A program made the position numbers and the translations under genes. From the human T2T-CHM13v2.0 reference genome, Homo sapiens, in assembly GCF_009914755.1 (NCBI RefSeq), contig NC_060927.1: a stretch of 64,000 nucleotides of DNA, one strand, 5' to 3'. The notes beneath the pieces are model-generated. The model searched no databases and had not been told where the DNA came from. It worked only from the letters and a program-made list of their open reading frames with translations. The first letter of the stretch is position 1. Every line of letters begins with the position of its first letter. Below, in pieces: positions 1 to 15,260 of this stretch.

Positions 1-1334
1 TCTATTTTGACACATAATTCTTAGATTAAATGTATACAATAACATAATTATATGAGTTGTTATGACTTTGAAACAACAGATCAAGTTTATAATAAAACAG
101 GTGAAAGCCAATTTTTTAATGTTGTTCTTTGTAGATAAGACAATCATGGATTGATATTTTTCACTTTTCAATCAAAGATGAGTAGTTCAACTCCATCTAA
201 GATTTTTAGAGTATATATCATTAGTAACATTTATGTCACAGAGTTTGCAGCCATAATTCTTACTTATATGATTTTTGACATTGTGGCATGTGCTATGTAT
301 AGTAAGAAAGCCAGGTGCAACAACTACTTATCCAAGAATATTTAAAAACCTGACTTCTGTAGAATCCAAATAAGAGTCTTAGAATTTCTAATTAAATATT
401 AAAATATTTAATTTTAATGTTTAAAATAAGCATAGTTTATGTAGATTTGTAAATATATTCCATGGTATGTTTTTGCAAATAATATTAATTTGAAAACGTA
501 TTATCTTCATTTCATAAAACAGAATACAGAAGATTGCATTTCTTTAATTAATCTGTCAAGTATGCATAAAGGCTATTTGGCAAGAGATGCTCTTTCAGAT
601 TATTGGTCTACTGGATTTAAATTCATGAAAATTATTGAAATATCTATTATCTGACAATTTATGGGCCATGGAATATATGACTCTTTAAAGATACGGGAAG
701 TAAGAATTTTTATATAATATTCTTTGAGATAACATTTCTTGCATTCTGGAGGTATTTGTTAAATTATAGATGATTGTTTTTCTTATTTGCTCATACTATT
801 TCCACAAGCCATGAAAAGTAATCAGAAATATCTTGTGTAAGTTAACATTGTAGGTATTTTTGTTATAGCAAATCTGTATATAGGATTTGGGAGCTACTTC
901 TCTAGCATGTGACTTGACTTTCTCTGATTTGATAAGTCATCTAGCACGTAAGGCTATCAATTAGAGAGGTTTTTCAGAAGTTCAAGCAAGAGAACTTGTA
1001 ACACAATGATAGAAAAGCCTTCTTTCCAATAATAGAGCCAACATTTATTATCGGCAAATGCTTGGTTGAGTTTTATTTTACTTTCACTGATCAAAGCATT
1101 CCCTGGTTTACCTGTTCAACTAAGGACTAATATTTACTTTCATATTTAAGTAACTGGATTTGCTATTTTTATGTCAATTGCTATTTTTTAAATATCTATT
1201 TAAAATATAGCAATTATTCCACAAATAAATCCAATAGGCTGAGTTAAGCCACGATATTAAATAGAGAGAGAGACGATAAGTAATCTATGGTCAGGTGAAC
1301 ACTTAAGGCCCATGAGCTACAAAATTTGTCCCAT

Positions 1335-1430
1335 GATAATCTCATTGTCTTATAGATGGAAAATGCAGTCTAAAGAGATGAGGGGACTTCTCCTGTGTCA
1401 TGCATGTGGATATAAGCAGAGTAAAGCCTA
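1335..1430 (-). mobile_element. MIR SINE fragment (old, approximate)
   Basis: CTCATTGTCTTATAGATGGAAAATGCAGTCTAAAGAGATGAGGGGACTT resembles the MIR core (cccattttacagatgaggaaactgaggc...) in antisense. Confidence 0.5.
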
Positions 1431-1903
1431 GATGGTGGGCATTTCCAGATTGGATTTGTCTGGCATGGAATTCAGAAAGAAGACTAACTCTGAGAAGTAG
1501 AAAGTGATGAAAATGTATGTTATGTCGATCAAATTAGTGCATGAGTCCTGGAGGCATGAATGCAAGAAAGAACGGAGTCTTTTCTCAGTAATGCTCTAAA
1601 GGTCTTTGTGAGCCATACTGAAGTGGCCAAATTAAAGAACAGCACCCACTAAAAAACAGCACCCATTTAGCATGAAGAACAGGCCACCCACTGAAGATGA
1701 AAAGGATGAGAGGAGATTCTTTTCTGGAACCAGGAAGAATGGAGGGTAGAGACTAATGAGGGTCAAAGAGTGAGAGAATAAGATCCTATCTTTATCCCAA
1801 ATGTGGGACCAGAGGAAGAATTTCCCAAACTGCAGCACGATTCAGAGGACTCTGAGAATAGAAGCCGTGAGTCTTATCATTTATAAATACTGGGGAGAGT
1901 GTA

Positions 1904-4269
1904 CAGACATAGCTCATTTTATTGTGCTTCAGTTTATTGAATATTTTACAAATTGAAAATTTGTGGCAACCCTGCATCAAGTGAGGCTATTGGCACAATT
2001 TTTGCAACAGCATCTGCTCACTTTGTGATGCTGTGTCACATTTTGGTAATTCTCAAAATACTTCAGACTTTTTCTTTATTATTACATATTTTATGGCGAT
2101 CTGTAGATCAGCAGTCTTTGATGTTACTATTTGAATGTTTTGGTGTGTCATGAACTATACTCATATGACAGCAAACTTAATTGATAAATGTTGTTTATGT
2201 GTGAATGCTGTGCTGATCAGATGATCCCCTGTCTCTCTCCCTCTTCCTGACCTCTCTATTTTGAGACAGAGCAATATTGAAATTAGGCCAGTCAGTCACC
2301 ATACAAGGCCTCTAAGTGTTCAAGTAAAAGGAAGAGTCACATGTCACTCACTTTAAACTGAAAGCTAGAAATGATTAAGCTTAGGGAGGAAGCCATATCG
2401 AAGACCAGAATAGGCTAAAATCTAGGTCTTTTGCAACAGTTAGTTAAATTGTGAATGCAAAGGGAAAGTTCTTGGAAATTAAAAGTGCTACTCTATTGAA
2501 CACACGGATAATAAGAAAGCAAAGCAGCCTTACTTTTGATATAGAGAAAATTTTAATGGTCTGCATAAAAGATCAAACCAGTCACAACATTCTCTTAAGC
2601 CAAAGCTTAATCCTGAGCAAGGTTCTAACTGTCTTCAATTCTGTGAAGGTGGGGAGAAGTGAGAAAGCTGCAGAAGAAAAGTTTAAAGCTAGTGGAAGTT
2701 AGTTTATGAGGTTTAAGGAAAGAAACTATCTCCAAATCTTAAAAGTGCAATGTGAAGTAGCAAGTGCTGATGTAGAAGCTGCAGGAAGTTATCCAGAAGA
2801 CATAGCTAAGATCATTGATGAAGGTGGCTACATTAAACAACAGATTTTAAATGTAGACCAAACAGCCTTGTACTGGAAGAAGATGCCACCTAGGACTTTC
2901 ATAGCTAGAGCAGAGAAGTTAATGTCTGGTTTCAAATGATGGGCTGACTCTGTTGTTATGGTCTAATAGAGCTGGCAACTTAAGTTAACTCCAATTATAA
3001 TTTACCATATTCAAAATCATAGAGCCCTTAAAATGGGCAAAATATCCACTGCCTGTGCTCTAGAAATGAAACAACAAAGCCTGGATGACAGTATATCTGT
3101 TGCATGGCTTACTGAAAATTTGAAGCCCACTGTTGAGACCTACTGCTCAGCATAAAATATTCCTTTCAAATATTACTCCTCATTGACAATGCATCTTGTT
3201 ACCTAAGAGCTCTCATGGAGACATACAAGAAAATTTATGGTGTTTTAGTGCTTGCTAGAACAACATCCACTTGGTAGCTCATGAATCAAAGAGTAATTTC
3301 AAATTTCAAGTTTTATTATTTCTGAACTACATTTTGTAAGGTTATAACTTCCATAGATCATTATTCTTGTGATCGATCTTGGCAAAGTAAATTGACAACA
3401 TTCTGGAAAAGATTTACCATTCTAGATGCCATTAAGAATATTTGTGATTCATGGGTTGGTGGGGGAGTGGTAAAAAATTAACATTAATAGGAGTTTGGAG
3501 GAAGTTGATTCCAACCCTCATGGATGACTTCAAGGGGTTCAAGCCTTCAGTAGAGGAAATAACTGCAGATATGGTGGAAATTACAAGAGAACTAGAATTA
3601 GAAGTGGAGGCTGAAGATGTGACTGAATTGCTGCAATCTCATGATAAAACTTGAGCAGGTGAGGAGTTACTTCATAAGGATGAGCAAATAAAGTGGTTTC
3701 CTGAGATGGAATCTGCTCCTCATAAAGATGCTGTAGAAATTGTTGAAATGATAACGAAATATTTAGAATATTGCATAAACTTAATTGATAAGGCAGCAGA
3801 AGGGTTTGAGATAATTAATCACGATTTTGAAAGAAGTTCATTGTAAAATTTGATCAAACAGCATCCATGCTATAAGAAATCTTTCATGAAAGGAAGAGTC
3901 AATCGTTGAAGTTAATTTTACTGTTATCTTATTACAAGGAATTGCCACAGTCACCTCCACCTTCAGCAACTACCATTCTTATCAGTCAGGAGCCATCAAC
4001 ATCCAATCTTTCATCAGCAAAAAGATTGCAACTTGCTGAAGGCTCAGATGATTGTTAGCATTTAACAATAAATTATTTTTTAGGGTATGTGCATTATATT
4101 TTAGACATTGTTCTATTGCTATTGCTCACTTAATAGATTACGGTATAGTGTAAACATAACTTCTACCTGCACTGGGAAACTAAAAAGTTCATGTGACTCA
4201 GTTTCTGTTGATATTTGCTTGATTTTGGTAGCCTAGAATCGAACATGCATTATCTCTGAGGTATGCCTG
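1904..4269 (+). mobile_element. Tigger1 DNA transposon (TcMar-Tigger), essentially full length
   Basis: Starts CAGACATAGCTC and ends GAGGTATGCCTG (terminal inverted repeats). Flanked by TA at 1902-1903 and 4270-4271. Internal ORF pieces are Tigger/pogo transposase. Confidence 0.97.
2305..3790 (+). pseudogene. Degenerate Tigger1 transposase (CENP-B/pogo DDE family)
   Basis: ORFs 2451-2702, 2706-2939 (..[27 protein letters not shown]..) and 3451-3654 (..[15 protein letters not shown]..) are interrupted by stops and frameshifts. Confidence 0.9.
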
Positions 4270-4579
4270 TATAGTAATCTCATAAATATAAATATTACTA
4301 AACTCATTTTATTGTGTTTATAATAAAATTCAAATGATTAATATCAGAACTATAATTCAAACAGAAGTATAAAATATTGAGAATCACCATGAGGTCATCT
4401 TTCACAAAGAAACAACACAATAAACCAACCTCAGAACTGGCATGTGTAATGGCAGAAATTGTTCTAAGCTTCAGCAATAAAATCAGACACTTGTGGTATT
4501 ATTCTTTTGAGAATTTTGGGAGATTTGCATTACTTGCTTGGAACACACATTATACTTCTTCATTTAAAATTAGACACAA

Positions 4580-4888
<309 letters not shown>

Positions 4889-6094
4889 CACATCGTTTTA
4901 TAAAATATTTTCTCTACATATTCTGGGAATGATAATTTTATATAAAGAAAGATCATGATGACTTATTTACAACGAAATGATAAAACAAATCTAGGAGTAA
5001 TTTATCACATAAAAACCATTTTCTTCACCTACATCATGGCAAAATTAACTTTTGGAAGTATATTCACTGCCATGCTTTTGTAAACTACATGAAATTGACC
5101 AATAGTTCTTGGGTTATGTCTACATAGGTAAATGAAAATGGAAAGTTGGGATAATTTGAAGGTTTTTTTTAAAATAGTATTATGACACTTGAGTAAAGCA
5201 TAGATTTGGGCATTGTGGTCTCTACATATTTCACCTTACTAGGGAAATTTCTTAGATATATACCCAACCCTATTCTTTGCTTTCTTTGTATAAATTTGAC
5301 TGAAATTTTAAGGGCAAAGATTTACTTAATTATGTGTAATGGCCCTTGTAATATTATTCTGTAGAATTATAAGATGAGAAAACATGTAGTATTTCAACTC
5401 TCTAATTGTCTAAAAATAGGTCACTTCATCTTTAAGTTTGGACATTAATGAGTTGTCTACATTCCTGTGGCAAGCCTTCCTACCACAGCAACAGCAAAAC
5501 GTTCTCATTTAAGGAAGATCAATAGCTGTACACATTTTTTCTTTTATACAGTCCGGTTTACAATTCACTTTTAATATCATTTAAAAGTGCATAAGCAAAT
5601 CCTACATGACAGTTTTATTACCATTGTAATATCTCAAGTTTAATTTTTGGCAGTAAATATAGTCTGGTACAAACTTAGAAGCAAAAAGAAAAAAAAAGAA
5701 ACTGGAGTTTAAGTGTATTTTTTATTTATATAGTACTTTTACTTCTGGGGGTGAATGTCATTTTTGTACAAAACACCTGTTCATGTGATGAATTTGAAAA
5801 AGTTTCATATTCAAATAACCTCCAGAAGTTTTATTTTATTTGTTTTCAACCTACATTACATTTCAGGAAGCCTGCCAAAGTTTATAATTATATTTTTGAA
5901 AGGTTTCACATGGAGTTATCATTGGTATATGAGTAGATTTTAATTTACCCAGTCTACTAATTTACATTTTTAAAAAACCCCACATTAATTGTAGAGTACA
6001 GGGAACAAAATATAGTTATTTTACCTTTGAAGGCATGCGTGATCACTAATATAGATGTTTAGAATCTACCAGAGAAGGAGAAAAACAAGTTTAA

Positions 6095-6260
6095 AGTCAG
6101 AACTCTGGGATCATACATGCTTTGGATTTTACTTTTTGCACTGCCTGTTAACATTTGGCCAGTCTGAGCAGGGCAATTTATTCTCTCCACGGTTCAATTT
6201 CTTTATCCGTAAAAGAGGGTGAAAATAGTCTTTGCCTCACAGAATTACTATAAGAATAAT
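6095..6260 (+). mobile_element. MIR SINE fragment
   Basis: GGGCAATTTATTCTCTCCACGGTTCAATTTCTTTATCCGTAAAAGAGGGTGAAAATAG matches the MIR core. Confidence 0.6.
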
Positions 6261-7956
6261 TATAATTATATTTTCAAAAATTATTCACTTTTGAAACATG
6301 ATAAAATATATGCTCATGTAGGATTCACAAGGATAATGGCTGAGCAAGTGATAAGTGAACAAGTTACTGGATTTTTCTAACCTGTTTATCAATACTGGAC
6401 AATGATAGTTGTCTTTTTTGTTGTTATTCCATTTTACCTCTCGTTTTTGTGCTACAGATGAAAGCATGTAGGTAACAACTCTTGACACCTTTGAGTAAAG
6501 CAAGAAAATAATAGAAATATTACTATTGCTGTTGCTTTTCTTTATAGAAAAGACTCAAGGCAAACACAGAAATAATTGCTGTGTTATGTATGTGTATTTA
6601 AAAGAATTGACTGTTTTCAATGGCCTGATTGTCTAATGTATTTTATTTTTCTTAGTTTTGTGTTCAGAAAAACTGTGTATTTCTGCAATAGTTCCATTTT
6701 GTAGTGCATTCTGACCATTATGTATTTTAGTAATCCAATCAGTAAAGCTTTTAATTTCTCGCTGTGTTTGGAAGCTGCTTTGGCCAAGGATTTGACATCC
6801 AGCAGGGTGGCGTCCACTTGCTCTTGGCATCCAGTAAAGAATGACTGAACAGCATGCTCGGGGTATATCATTAGTACCATGTAAAAACCTTATGATTTAC
6901 TTAATGGCATTTCTATGCCCCGTATTTTATTATTTTCAAATGGTGTCATGCCGTGTCTGTTTCAAATCATGTCCTCTTAAAACTTTTTGGTTTCTTCATG
7001 TTATCAATTTAGGATACTTTAAAAATAAGTTGTTAAAGCATATTTGAGTTTTCAGTGCTGTATTAAAACATTTTTATTATGCAGTAAAATTGGTTATGTG
7101 GAGTATTTACATTTAAAATTAAATCAGTAAAGATGTCTTAAGGAAATGAACGAGATGGCTGCACCATTGAGTTCAATGAGACTTGATGTGGAAAGAATAC
7201 TACACCATCATACTGCTTAGTGTTTCACAGTAGGATCTAAAGTAACTATATTAATTTTGTGAGGTCATCTTTCATTCTGGTATTCATGCTGCTATCACCT
7301 GTTTTGCCCATTATGACCACAGTGTCTGGTAGAGGTAAGTACTCTGAAAAATATCAAAAATTTTTTTTGCCTAAATTGACATGTTCTTCTTGCATATCAT
7401 CTGAAGATGAGGAGGATGCTTTCACAAAATATTATAAAGATAATGATCAGCACACTAAAATTTTTATTGCCCTGGCCCCCACCTCCAAAAAGGCTCTGCA
7501 AAAGAGTTGTCATTTCATGTACTCATGATAAATGTATATTTTTTCTGATTCACACACACTTCTCATTAAAATGTCATTTCTTAAAACTGAAATCTATATA
7601 AATATAGCATCAATTACATGAAAACTGACACTCATTAATTTTTTTCTTTTAGGTAGTAAAAAATTAATAACACTAATTTCAGGTTTGGGTTTAAGGATTT
7701 ATACCATATTTTCTTGCTATTTCCACTTATTTACTGTTAGAATTTCACATATGGAAATTATGAGTATGGGTATTGGTGTTAAGGAAAATCTTTCTTGACT
7801 GCAGAGTACTCCAAAAATTAGAAATAGAAGGAAAATAGACCTTTGGAATTTTAACAAAATATTTTTCCATATTTTAAATTTATATTTTGACAACTTACAG
7901 TAGATTCTGCTATGTGGATTTAGCAAAACTATGTGGTTAACTTTAACATATGAAGA

Positions 7957-8189
<233 letters not shown>

Positions 8190-8369
8190 ACAATTACATT
8201 AGTAAAAGACCAACACCTAAAATAAAAAGAGAACATTTGGGAATAAGCATCTCATAAAAAAGGAATAAAAAATAACCCTTAAAGTAACAGAACTAGGCTA
8301 ATTCTTACATATGATACCCCCAAAAATGCAAAACAAAACTATATGTATGCACAGTTTATGGTGTTTAAG

Positions 8370-8457
8370 TATATATATTTCTATACACACATATATGGTG
8401 TTTGAGTGTATATATACATATATATGTTTATATATACACACACACATACACACACAA
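8370..8457. repeat. (TA)n/(CA)n mixed microsatellite
   Basis: Alternating TA and CA runs are directly visible. Confidence 0.85.
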
Positions 8458-8519
8458 AGTGTGGCTATATTAAACACAACTATAAACAAATTTGGTTCTT
8501 TGATTCCATAACTTTATTT

Positions 8520-8890
8520 CTTTAGATGTAGTCTACAGATACATTTCACACAAGTGAAAAAACATATGTAAATAGATATTCATTTTAGTATTGTTCAAAT
8601 ACTACAGATTGATAACCACCTACATATCTGTCATTAGACTACTTAAATATAGTACAGTAATAAGAAAAATAAACTTTTGTGCTGTCATAGAAAGATCTCA
8701 AAATTTATTGTAGAGTGTAAAAGAACATATAATAGTACTTACTAGTATGTCTACAAAATAACTATGGATGCATAAGAGAAATTAATAACAATGGTTACCT
8801 GTGTTGTTAGTAGACAAATGGGTGACTGCAACCAAAAAGTTTCCAATGTATAGCTTTGTTTACCTTTCAATTTTGGAATCATGTGACTGT
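8520..8890 (+). mobile_element. Old L1 (L1ME-like) 3' fragment, interrupted by THE1
   Basis: Degenerate L1ME 3'-end motifs (..AGATATTCATTTTAGTATTGTT.., ..TAATAACAATGGTTACCT..). Confidence 0.5.
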
Positions 8891-8896
8891 ACTATC

Positions 8897-9251
8897 TGAT
8901 TTGGTGTGGCTGTGTCCCCACCCTAATCTCACCTTGAATTGTAATAATCCCCACATGTCAAGGGCAGGACCAGGTGGATATAATTGAATTATGGGGGCGA
9001 TTTCCCCCATAATCTTCCATGGTAGAAAGTAAGACTTACAAGATCTGATGGTTTTATAAATGGGAGTTCCCCTGCACAAGCTCTCTTGCCTGCCACCATG
9101 TAAGATGTGCCTTTGCTTCTCCTTTGCCTTCCACCATGATTGTGAGGCCTCCCCAGCCATGCTGAACTGTGAGTCCATTAAACCATTTTCCTTTATAAAT
9201 TACCCAGGCTCAGGTATGTCTTTATTAGCTGCATGAGAACAGACTAATACA
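8897..9251 (+). mobile_element. THE1 (THE1C/D-like) MaLR solo LTR
   Basis: TGAT..GGCTGTGTCCCCACC start and AGACTAATACA end. Perfect 5-bp TSD CTATC at 8892-8896 and 9252-9256. Confidence 0.95.
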
Positions 9252-9509
9252 CTATCTATGCAAAAATGTGTTATGAAATTAAAATTTAAAAACAGCATAG
9301 AGATGCAATTAAATTAGCTGAGGTATTCTTATTTCCAAATAATTGTCCTCTGTAGATGTAAAATCAACATTGATACCCGTGTAAAATGGTTACTTTATAA
9401 ATTATACATAGAATGTGTATTGAGGAAACAAGGATATGGTAAGTAGCAGTAGATTTACAATTGACTGAAGAGTATGGTTGCTAAGATTCATATGCTTGAT
9501 AATTCACAT

Positions 9510-9865
9510 TTCTGTGCCCTTGCATAGGCTGTCCGTTGTGCAAGCAATTTCCTTCTCTTCTGTTTTCTGTTTTTCTCTTTGAGTAATGCTACTCATTCAC
9601 TAAGGCCTGGTCCGAATATTATTTTTTAAAATGTAAACAGACACCTCTAGTATATTTAGCCTCTTCCTTTGGTCTTTCTTAAGAACTCTAATCATATATC
9701 TATTATAGCACTTATAATCCTTCTTTTCTTAAACTTTCCCTTAATATACTGCAAACTGCATGGCAGCAGGGGTGGTATCTTATTCTGTTTGTATTATATT
9801 TTCAGAACTTGGGACTGTTTGGCACATCATAGGAGATCAAAACGTGTTTTGAGAATAATTGAAAA
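9510..9865 (+). mobile_element. L2 LINE 3' fragment
   Basis: GCAAACTGCATGGCAGCAGGG...GTTTGGCACATCATAGGAGATCAAAACGTGTTTTGAGAATAATTGAA resembles the L2 3' terminus. Confidence 0.6.
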
Positions 9866-12800
9866 AATATAAAATACATGAGGCAGCCAAAATGGTTGCA
9901 TGAAGATAAACTATTTTAAGGAAAAATCTAAGAATATAAAAAATGACTTCTTAAATGAACTATGGTATAAATGAGTGTGAAAGAAGCACTGTTAAAGGGA
10001 TACAGCAGTAACATTAAATTTTGAACAATATTCTCAGGCCTTTGCATTATTCTAGTTTTGCGTGTGAATTAACTGAGGTGAATAAAAGTTATTAATTTTC
10101 CCCAGATAAGACAATTAAAAAATTGATCACTTGGGTATTTAAATGTAGCCTGTATTTCCTTCAAATCTGTACTCTCTGCACTACAATTCACAGATACACT
10201 AAACCAGGAAGATGAAAACAATGATTAAAGAATGTCGACTCCAGAAACCACCTAAAGATACACCCACATTGATTTATTCATCCAGTTGGAGACTGTTGGA
10301 CCACTGAGGAAAGGAAGGGATATAGAGTGTTGATTAGTATAGTACTTTTAGTTATTTTTAGCTGCTTATTAACTCTTGTCAATGTTCATGAAGGATATAG
10401 GAGATGGCAGCATAAACTCAAAAACTGTGAATTTTATTTCAGGTTATCTTTCCAAAGACGGCAACACTGGCAAGGGTAACTCTCAGAGTTTGTGTGTTTG
10501 CCTTAAGAGTTAGTCTTTTTAAGATACTGTGTTTATCTGGTGGTTACAATGGTTTAGATTTGCTTCTATGAAAAGTTAGGATGGTGAGCTCCTAAAATTC
10601 TGTCTTTCAATTCCTTTACTTACTCAGCATTCTGACTGCTGAAGTAATAAAGAATTCAGCTTTAGGTCTCGGTATCCTTTATCCCCATTTATCTCTAGCC
10701 TTTAAGGTTGTCTTAGTCATACATATCAAAGCTAATATTGTTTATTTATCTTGCCTAGGATCATTCAGTTAAATTCCTCCTGCATTCTTTAATTGGCTTA
10801 TATGTGCTCAAGAATTTTTTATACTTAATACACACCAGTGGAAATGCCATCACTTGTTCAAAAACAAAAATAATAAAAAGAGTAACTAAACTCTCAAGAA
10901 ATAGACTCAAACTTGATTAGAAAAATCACTCTGTGTATTCTGTTTAGTTAAGCTGATGCATTCAGCTTATCTTTTCTTTCTATGAGTTTAAGATTCCATA
11001 AAACTGATGACAAAAAGTAATGAAAAATGACTACTAGCTGCTAATTAATATATGTGTCATCTTTGGTTATTCTGTGTTCTTTAAAATTGGCAAAATTGTT
11101 ATACGCATTAAATTATAGAAATGATATGAAAATTCACTGATCTTCATTAACTAGTTTTATATAATGGAACATAGGAAATACAAAGGCTTACATTTATGAC
11201 CTATGTACATGATTTACATTTATGATATTTCAGATGCTTGACATATGTTTACTCTAAAAAGTCATGAACTCCCCTTTGACCTTGAAAAGTCAAGATAAAA
11301 ACTTTTCAGATAATGACCTTTTCAATATATTAAAATAGATCACTCAAGGGTGTATCAGTCAGCCACATTCTGTGTTCTCAGGTCCATTTTTTACTGAAAT
11401 TTATTTTTATGGTTATATATGAATTCATCAGAAGCCAAGGAAAGGGAAGAAAAAAATGCCATTATTTATTTCAACAGCCTCACATAATGTATTATTCTTA
11501 AAAATCTAGCCACAGACCATGAAGTAGCTAAACTTTAGTTTGATATATTCAATGACAAGTTGAGCGGAAAAAGAAATAGATAAATTTATGAGGGAAGCAG
11601 ACTAGGAATAATTTGTATTTCCATAGTACATCTCTTTGAAGGAGCTCAAGGCAAGTGATGAAAAAGATATGACACTATATATAAACTAATTTTCTCTCAG
11701 AGACTGTATCTAAGAACAAGAAATACAAAATATTCACTGGCACATTGTATAGTGTGCTGAAGAATCTTTATAGGCCATTTGTTAACCTGTGATCTGATTC
11801 TGACAATGCAATGGTAAGGCAAGATTTGTACATTTCTCTGTTGATTCAAAACTCATTTGTTTTTCAAGGATTGCTCAAGCCTCTTCCTCCCTGAAACCCT
11901 CTTGCAATGCCCAACTCAAGCTATTCTCTCGTATCTTAGGAGTCCTCTTGGATTTGTAATCAGTTCAAACCTGATATTTTAGAATGTATTGTCAGCCAGT
12001 TCGCTATTGTAAGTATCAAAGCAGTAGTTCATTTAAGGGAAATTCCAACTTTTGTTATGATTGCATTTTGTTTGGGAGTTTTTCCCTCCAAAGATATAGT
12101 GTATTTTTTTCTTATTAGAACGACAGACTTCGTTAAATGAGATCAATGGAGAATGATCTTTTAAAAAGAATAAGCTCTGGAAGAGAAAGAGAGAGAGAGA
12201 GCAAAGAAAGGAGGAATAATCAATGCCATTTATTTTAGGCTGCTTCATCAAAAATCTCATACTGACTTTTTTCCAGAATAAATTAAGACTAATGCTTCAG
12301 TGTGTTTGTGGATTACTAAGGAATTATGGAAATAAAACCAGTTTAGCTCACATATTCAATAGTCACTAAATGGACCAACATTTATCCAAACATATAATCT
12401 AAAAGTAAAGAACAAATATGTTTTTGCATCCTCTCTGCAACCCTAAATGACAGCTCTCCCTTCACTTCTTCCCTAATTCTTTCTTAAAAAAAGAAATAAG
12501 GGAAGTATTTAAGAATGTAGATACTCCTTTACACTTCTCCATGTTATTGGATCCCTGTCTTTTAAATATGTGACAAATGGAGAAAAACAGAGCATTAATG
12601 GACATCTGTGAAAAGATGAATATCAAGATTAAGTCTAAAAATGAAATAGAGAATACTGTCATTCATAATACATTTTCCTATCCACAACTAACAATGTTAC
12701 CTTACAAATCTCTCACTTTTTATGGCTGCTAATTATTATTCTATTCCTATGTTTAGGACTTTGACCAATAGTATTAAGCCCGGACTTTTCATACCTCTGT

Positions 12801-13391
12801 GGTACACTAAAGTTTTTTCAAGATCTATGGAAAGTTGGAGAATTTTAAGGAAATAATATTACCATTTTTACCCAACTTCAATACTAATCTATCTGACTGA
12901 GAAGCCAGGAGTCTGTGAGGAAAGGTTTAATACTTTTCCTTTCTGCCCTTTGCCAATTTCTCTTCTCCCACTTTACAAAAGAAACATTACTCTAAACCAT
13001 CTTGAAACTTATTACAGTGCATTGCCTCCTGAGGGTACACTGAATAAAATAGTGTCATAGTGTCTTTAATCAAGTCACCAAAACTGCTCTGCTATCATCT
13101 ACATCTTGAAGATGTGCATTTACAATAACTTTTTTGCATAATTATTTTTCAAAGTTTATCATTCTGTTGTTTTGACCAGTTGTATATTAGTTATAATTTT
13201 GCACTGGCAATAACTGTAACAATAACTCAAGATAAAGCAAATACAACATGATAAAGACATTTGGATTTTTATTTTGTGAGATATGTTATAGCGGTGAATA
13301 AAAACTCTTTAGAGCAAACAAATACTTTGTTAGGATAAAATTTTCTGTTTTAGCTTAAGAACATAGATGACTTAAAATTTGAGACTGTTAG

Positions 13392-13773
<382 letters not shown>

Positions 13774-13789
13774 CTATTGGATGTATTTA

Positions 13790-15080
13790 ACAGTAATGTA
13801 CACCTAACATTCAGATTATGTCCTCTAACTGCAATTCCCCACTAAAAAGAAGTAGAATTCCTTGAATGAATGGCTAGCTTCAGGTCTGAGACAGGAAATA
13901 TGTATAATAATACAAGAGCAGCTTTCTACGTGTGACAGAAAGCAAGCAAGATATTAAAAATACAAAAGCAAACAAAAGAAACCCAATGCACCATGTCAAA
14001 AAGAAGTAGCTTTTAATGGCCAAAAGTGAGAATATCAAAAATAATGGAGAATATATTTCAGTATACTGAAAATAAATTAATTGTTCAAAATACTATTCAG
14101 ATCAAATGAGAAAGCCAGCAACAACAACAACAAAGTCTCAAACCAAACTCTTTAGATTCGGTTGGAACTAAGTGGGGTGATAATAGCTTTTTCTGGTATT
14201 TTGATTTTTGAAGAATATTCTGGTATTTGGATATTTAGAAGAAATTATTAATTATTCATCCTGAATATCTTATGCAAATTATATTTTAGGTTTACTCAGC
14301 CATAAATGTTAAAGGAAGCTCCTTCTTTACAGCAGGATTCTAGCTAACAAGCCATTATTTTATAGCCTTTAACTTTTTCACATAATAATCATCAATAGAT
14401 GACACTGTGAGGGTAAAGAATAATAAGAGACTTTACAGTGGAAGGGACTGGCTGTCATCACCTACACCCACCGAAATCTTTGTATACCTAAAACTTGTAC
14501 GACCACCCATCGTCTTTCTCTTAATATTATGTAATGTAAAGCAGCTGGAATGCCCTTATAGGCATTTTTGTCAAAATCCTTTTACCTTATTATAGCTTGG
14601 TTAAATTTATGGGAAATGTAGGGGGTCAAAAAGCAAGTTAATAACATTTCAAAGAAACAAATGGACAAATACAGAATGTACATCATTCCAGAAAGTAACT
14701 CATTCTGCTTCTGTAAAGAATTAATGCTAGACAAAACAAAAAGGAAGGAGAAACACCTGTAATTTTAAAAACGTAAGATATGTAATAACAAAATGGGATA
14801 TGTGGTCTTCAGGTGTGTCTTGTCTTGAATAAATAACTTTAAAAAGTTGTTTTTAAGAGAAATAGAAAATTTGAATATGAACTGGCCACAGATTTATCAT
14901 TAATTTAGTCAGGTGCGATAATGATTATAATAGAAAGATGTATATTATTTAGAAAGGCACACTGAAGTAGAATAAAATGACATGATTTCTGGGATTTGTT
15001 TTATATACTTCCAAATGAGGGAATAAGCAAGGTTAGATGAAGAAAAATCCAAATAATTGTTGAATCTGCGTAATTTGTTT
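13790..15080 (+). mobile_element. Old L1 (L1MC4-like) 3' region
   Basis: CCTTGAATGAATGGCTAGCTTCAGGTCTGAGACAGGAAA and AAAATGACATGATTTCTGGGATTTGTTT resemble L1MC 3' UTR motifs. Confidence 0.6.
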
Positions 15081-15260
15081 AGAGTACATAAAGAATTTTG
15101 AATAATTTGGTCTAAATACATCAACAAACCTATCAAGTAGTAAAGACTCCGATCTTGAATTTGCTTCTGGTATCTGTGAGCCACTTAGATACCATGCCCA
15201 TAAAAACTAGTTAATATGGCGGCAAAAATGCTACGGTTATATATTTATTTATTTGCTTAC

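Noticed and set aside
390-413. AT-only palindrome AATTAAATATT-AA-AATATTTAATT
   Set aside because: Low complexity and expected by chance at this AT content.
6617-6880. 87-aa minus-strand ORF with protein-like composition
   Set aside because: No recognisable domain, and the length is within chance expectation.
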